Shown: positions 23,960 through 24,000 of the stretch, piece by piece
How the letters are laid out: every line of letters begins with the position of its first letter
Numbering within the stretch: the stretch's first letter is position 1
Assembly: GCA_963677125.1 (NCBI GenBank)
Contig: OY781882.1
Coordinates: 5,490,518 to 5,514,517 of the forward strand
DNA from: an uncultured Desulfobacter sp.
Lineage (GTDB): Bacteria > Desulfobacterota > Desulfobacteria > Desulfobacterales > Desulfobacteraceae
Direction: 5' to 3'
DNA: 24,000 nt
Program-made: the position numbers and the translations under genes
The notes under the pieces: model-generated
What the model saw: the letters and a program-made list of their open reading frames with translations, nothing else
Database searches by the model: none
What the model was told of the DNA's origin: nothing

Positions 23960-24000
23960 TGTCAGTGTTAGCTATTTAAGATGATTTCATAATACCACGA

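Noticed and set aside
1-24000. A window-wide search for CRISPR repeats, tRNA/rRNA, IS elements, integrases, or toxin-antitoxin pairs flanking the novel module.
   Set aside because: I could recognise none by eye. The novel module therefore has no visible mobile-element or defence-island context within this window. The flanking sequence beyond 24000 is needed to settle this.

Overview
This is a gene-dense, signalling-rich chromosomal window with moderate GC by eye. The protein repertoire looks Desulfobacterales-like, but that is only an inference. I support 18 CDS, one of them truncated at the left edge. I saw no rRNA, tRNA, CRISPR array, IS element or integrase.

Layout:
(1) 1-11713, minus strand. 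One long, tightly coupled operon encodes an RsbR/RsbS/RsbT/RsbX stressosome-type module, then a 949-aa hybrid histidine kinase, then a REC-HD-GYP regulator (c-di-GMP phosphodiesterase type). A second, paralogous hybrid kinase of 1713 aa follows, carrying two periplasmic sensor domains, and then a second paralogous receiver protein that is cut by the window edge.
(2) 12217-15494, plus strand. A REC-coiled-coil response regulator is followed by a FapA/DUF342 protein whose N-terminus is a degenerate copy of that receiver (phospho-acceptor Asp replaced by Glu).
(3) 15542-15686. A roughly 145-nt, roughly 60-bp extended hairpin lies in a convergent intergenic region. Its G-U pattern favours folding of a plus-strand RNA.
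(4) 15739-18520, minus strand. A YbjQ / membrane-YbjQ / M48 Zn-peptidase operon and a flavin amine-oxidase-like gene.
(5) 18787-23959, plus strand. This is the most interesting part: three coupled genes without obvious family names. By motif reading they are a bitopic membrane protein, a dynamin-like GTPase-fold protein with degenerate G1/G3/G4 motifs, and a non-canonical Hsp70/actin-fold (ASKHA) ATPase with an N-terminal amphipathic basic helix. I do not recognise this combination as a described system. It may continue past the right edge of the window.

All homology statements come from reading motifs and aligning from memory. No searches were run.
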